IMG/VR virus record: IMGVR_UViG_3300020045_007640
Span: 1-46,832 of that record
DNA from: a virus
Taxonomy: Duplodnaviria; Caudoviricetes
Length of the DNA stretch: 46,832 nt
Reading direction: 5' to 3' (one strand)
This document shows, piece by piece, positions 46,541 to 46,832 of this stretch; the stretch's first letter is position 1, and each line of letters begins with the position of its first letter. The notes under the pieces are model-generated. The model saw only the letters and a program-made list of their open reading frames with translations. It searched no databases and was not told the origin of the DNA. Position numbers and translations under genes: made by a program.

Positions 46541-46814
46541 CGTTAGATTTCCAATAGCTATCGTAGGCTTGCCAAGTAAAGTCGGCGCAGTTCACAACAA
46601 TCACGCCAGCGTCGCCGTGCGAGAGGGCCTCCATCAGTTTCCCGTTGTCGATCGAATTTCGAGGAACCCATGTATTCATGAGGCCTAGCGAGTAGGCCGT
46701 GTTCGGGAGGTAGTCACTATGCACGATGCCGACGAACCGTGCGGCTGCATAGCTCGCGTCGTTTGGTCGTGCAGGCAACATGAGGGTTTTCAGTTTTTCG
46801 ATTATCTCCGGCAC
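46491..46814 (-). CDS. Hypothetical protein, possibly 5'-truncated
   Basis: ORF track at window edge. Confidence 0.45.
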   Translation of the reverse strand: MPEIIEKLKTLMLPARPNDASYAAARFVGIVHSDYLPNTAYSLGLMNTWVPRNSIDNGKLMEALSHGDAGVIVVNCADFTWQAYDSYWKSNDDTDGDTDDDTDYTGQ

Positions 46815-46832
46815 TACGTCGCCGCGCCAGTG

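Larger units (their letters stand above)
44430..46832. other. GC-rich segment from a different phage-like element
   Basis: Abrupt rise in GC after the repeat; different codon usage; GGAG-type motifs near some starts. Confidence 0.8.

Overview
Positions ~78-44430 look like an essentially complete, AT-rich (about one-third GC by eye) siphovirus-type phage genome of a Bacteroidota host, almost entirely on the minus strand. The host assignment rests on TAnnTTTG promoters, A-rich start contexts, Q-rule signal peptides and CSKED lipoprotein signals. Modules: ERF/exonuclease recombination, SNF2-like helicase-DNA methyltransferase fusion, HNH, DUF6291-like initiator with iteron-like repeats, primase-helicase, NinG, dNTP pyrophosphohydrolase, SSB, a permuted structural region (tail tube, scaffold, capsid, TMP, neck, tail chaperone with a -1 frameshift site, terminases, portal, tail tip, fibre) and a CHAP endolysin/holin block. 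I see no integrase or CI-type repressor. The genome appears to close on itself through a Gly-X hexamer repeat gene split between the two ends. Bases 1-77 (an inverted copy of 1331-1407) and the GC-rich 44430-46832 block are probably chimeric joins. Most interesting: (i) virion-type late genes with Sec signal peptides, plus Cys-rich structural proteins and a membrane CxxC protein; (ii) a candidate promoter-to-terminator sRNA antisense to an ATCATCAAAAA leader motif shared by several early genes; (iii) two sequence-unrelated leaders with the same kissing-loop/terminator architecture. All family calls come from motif recognition, not database searches.
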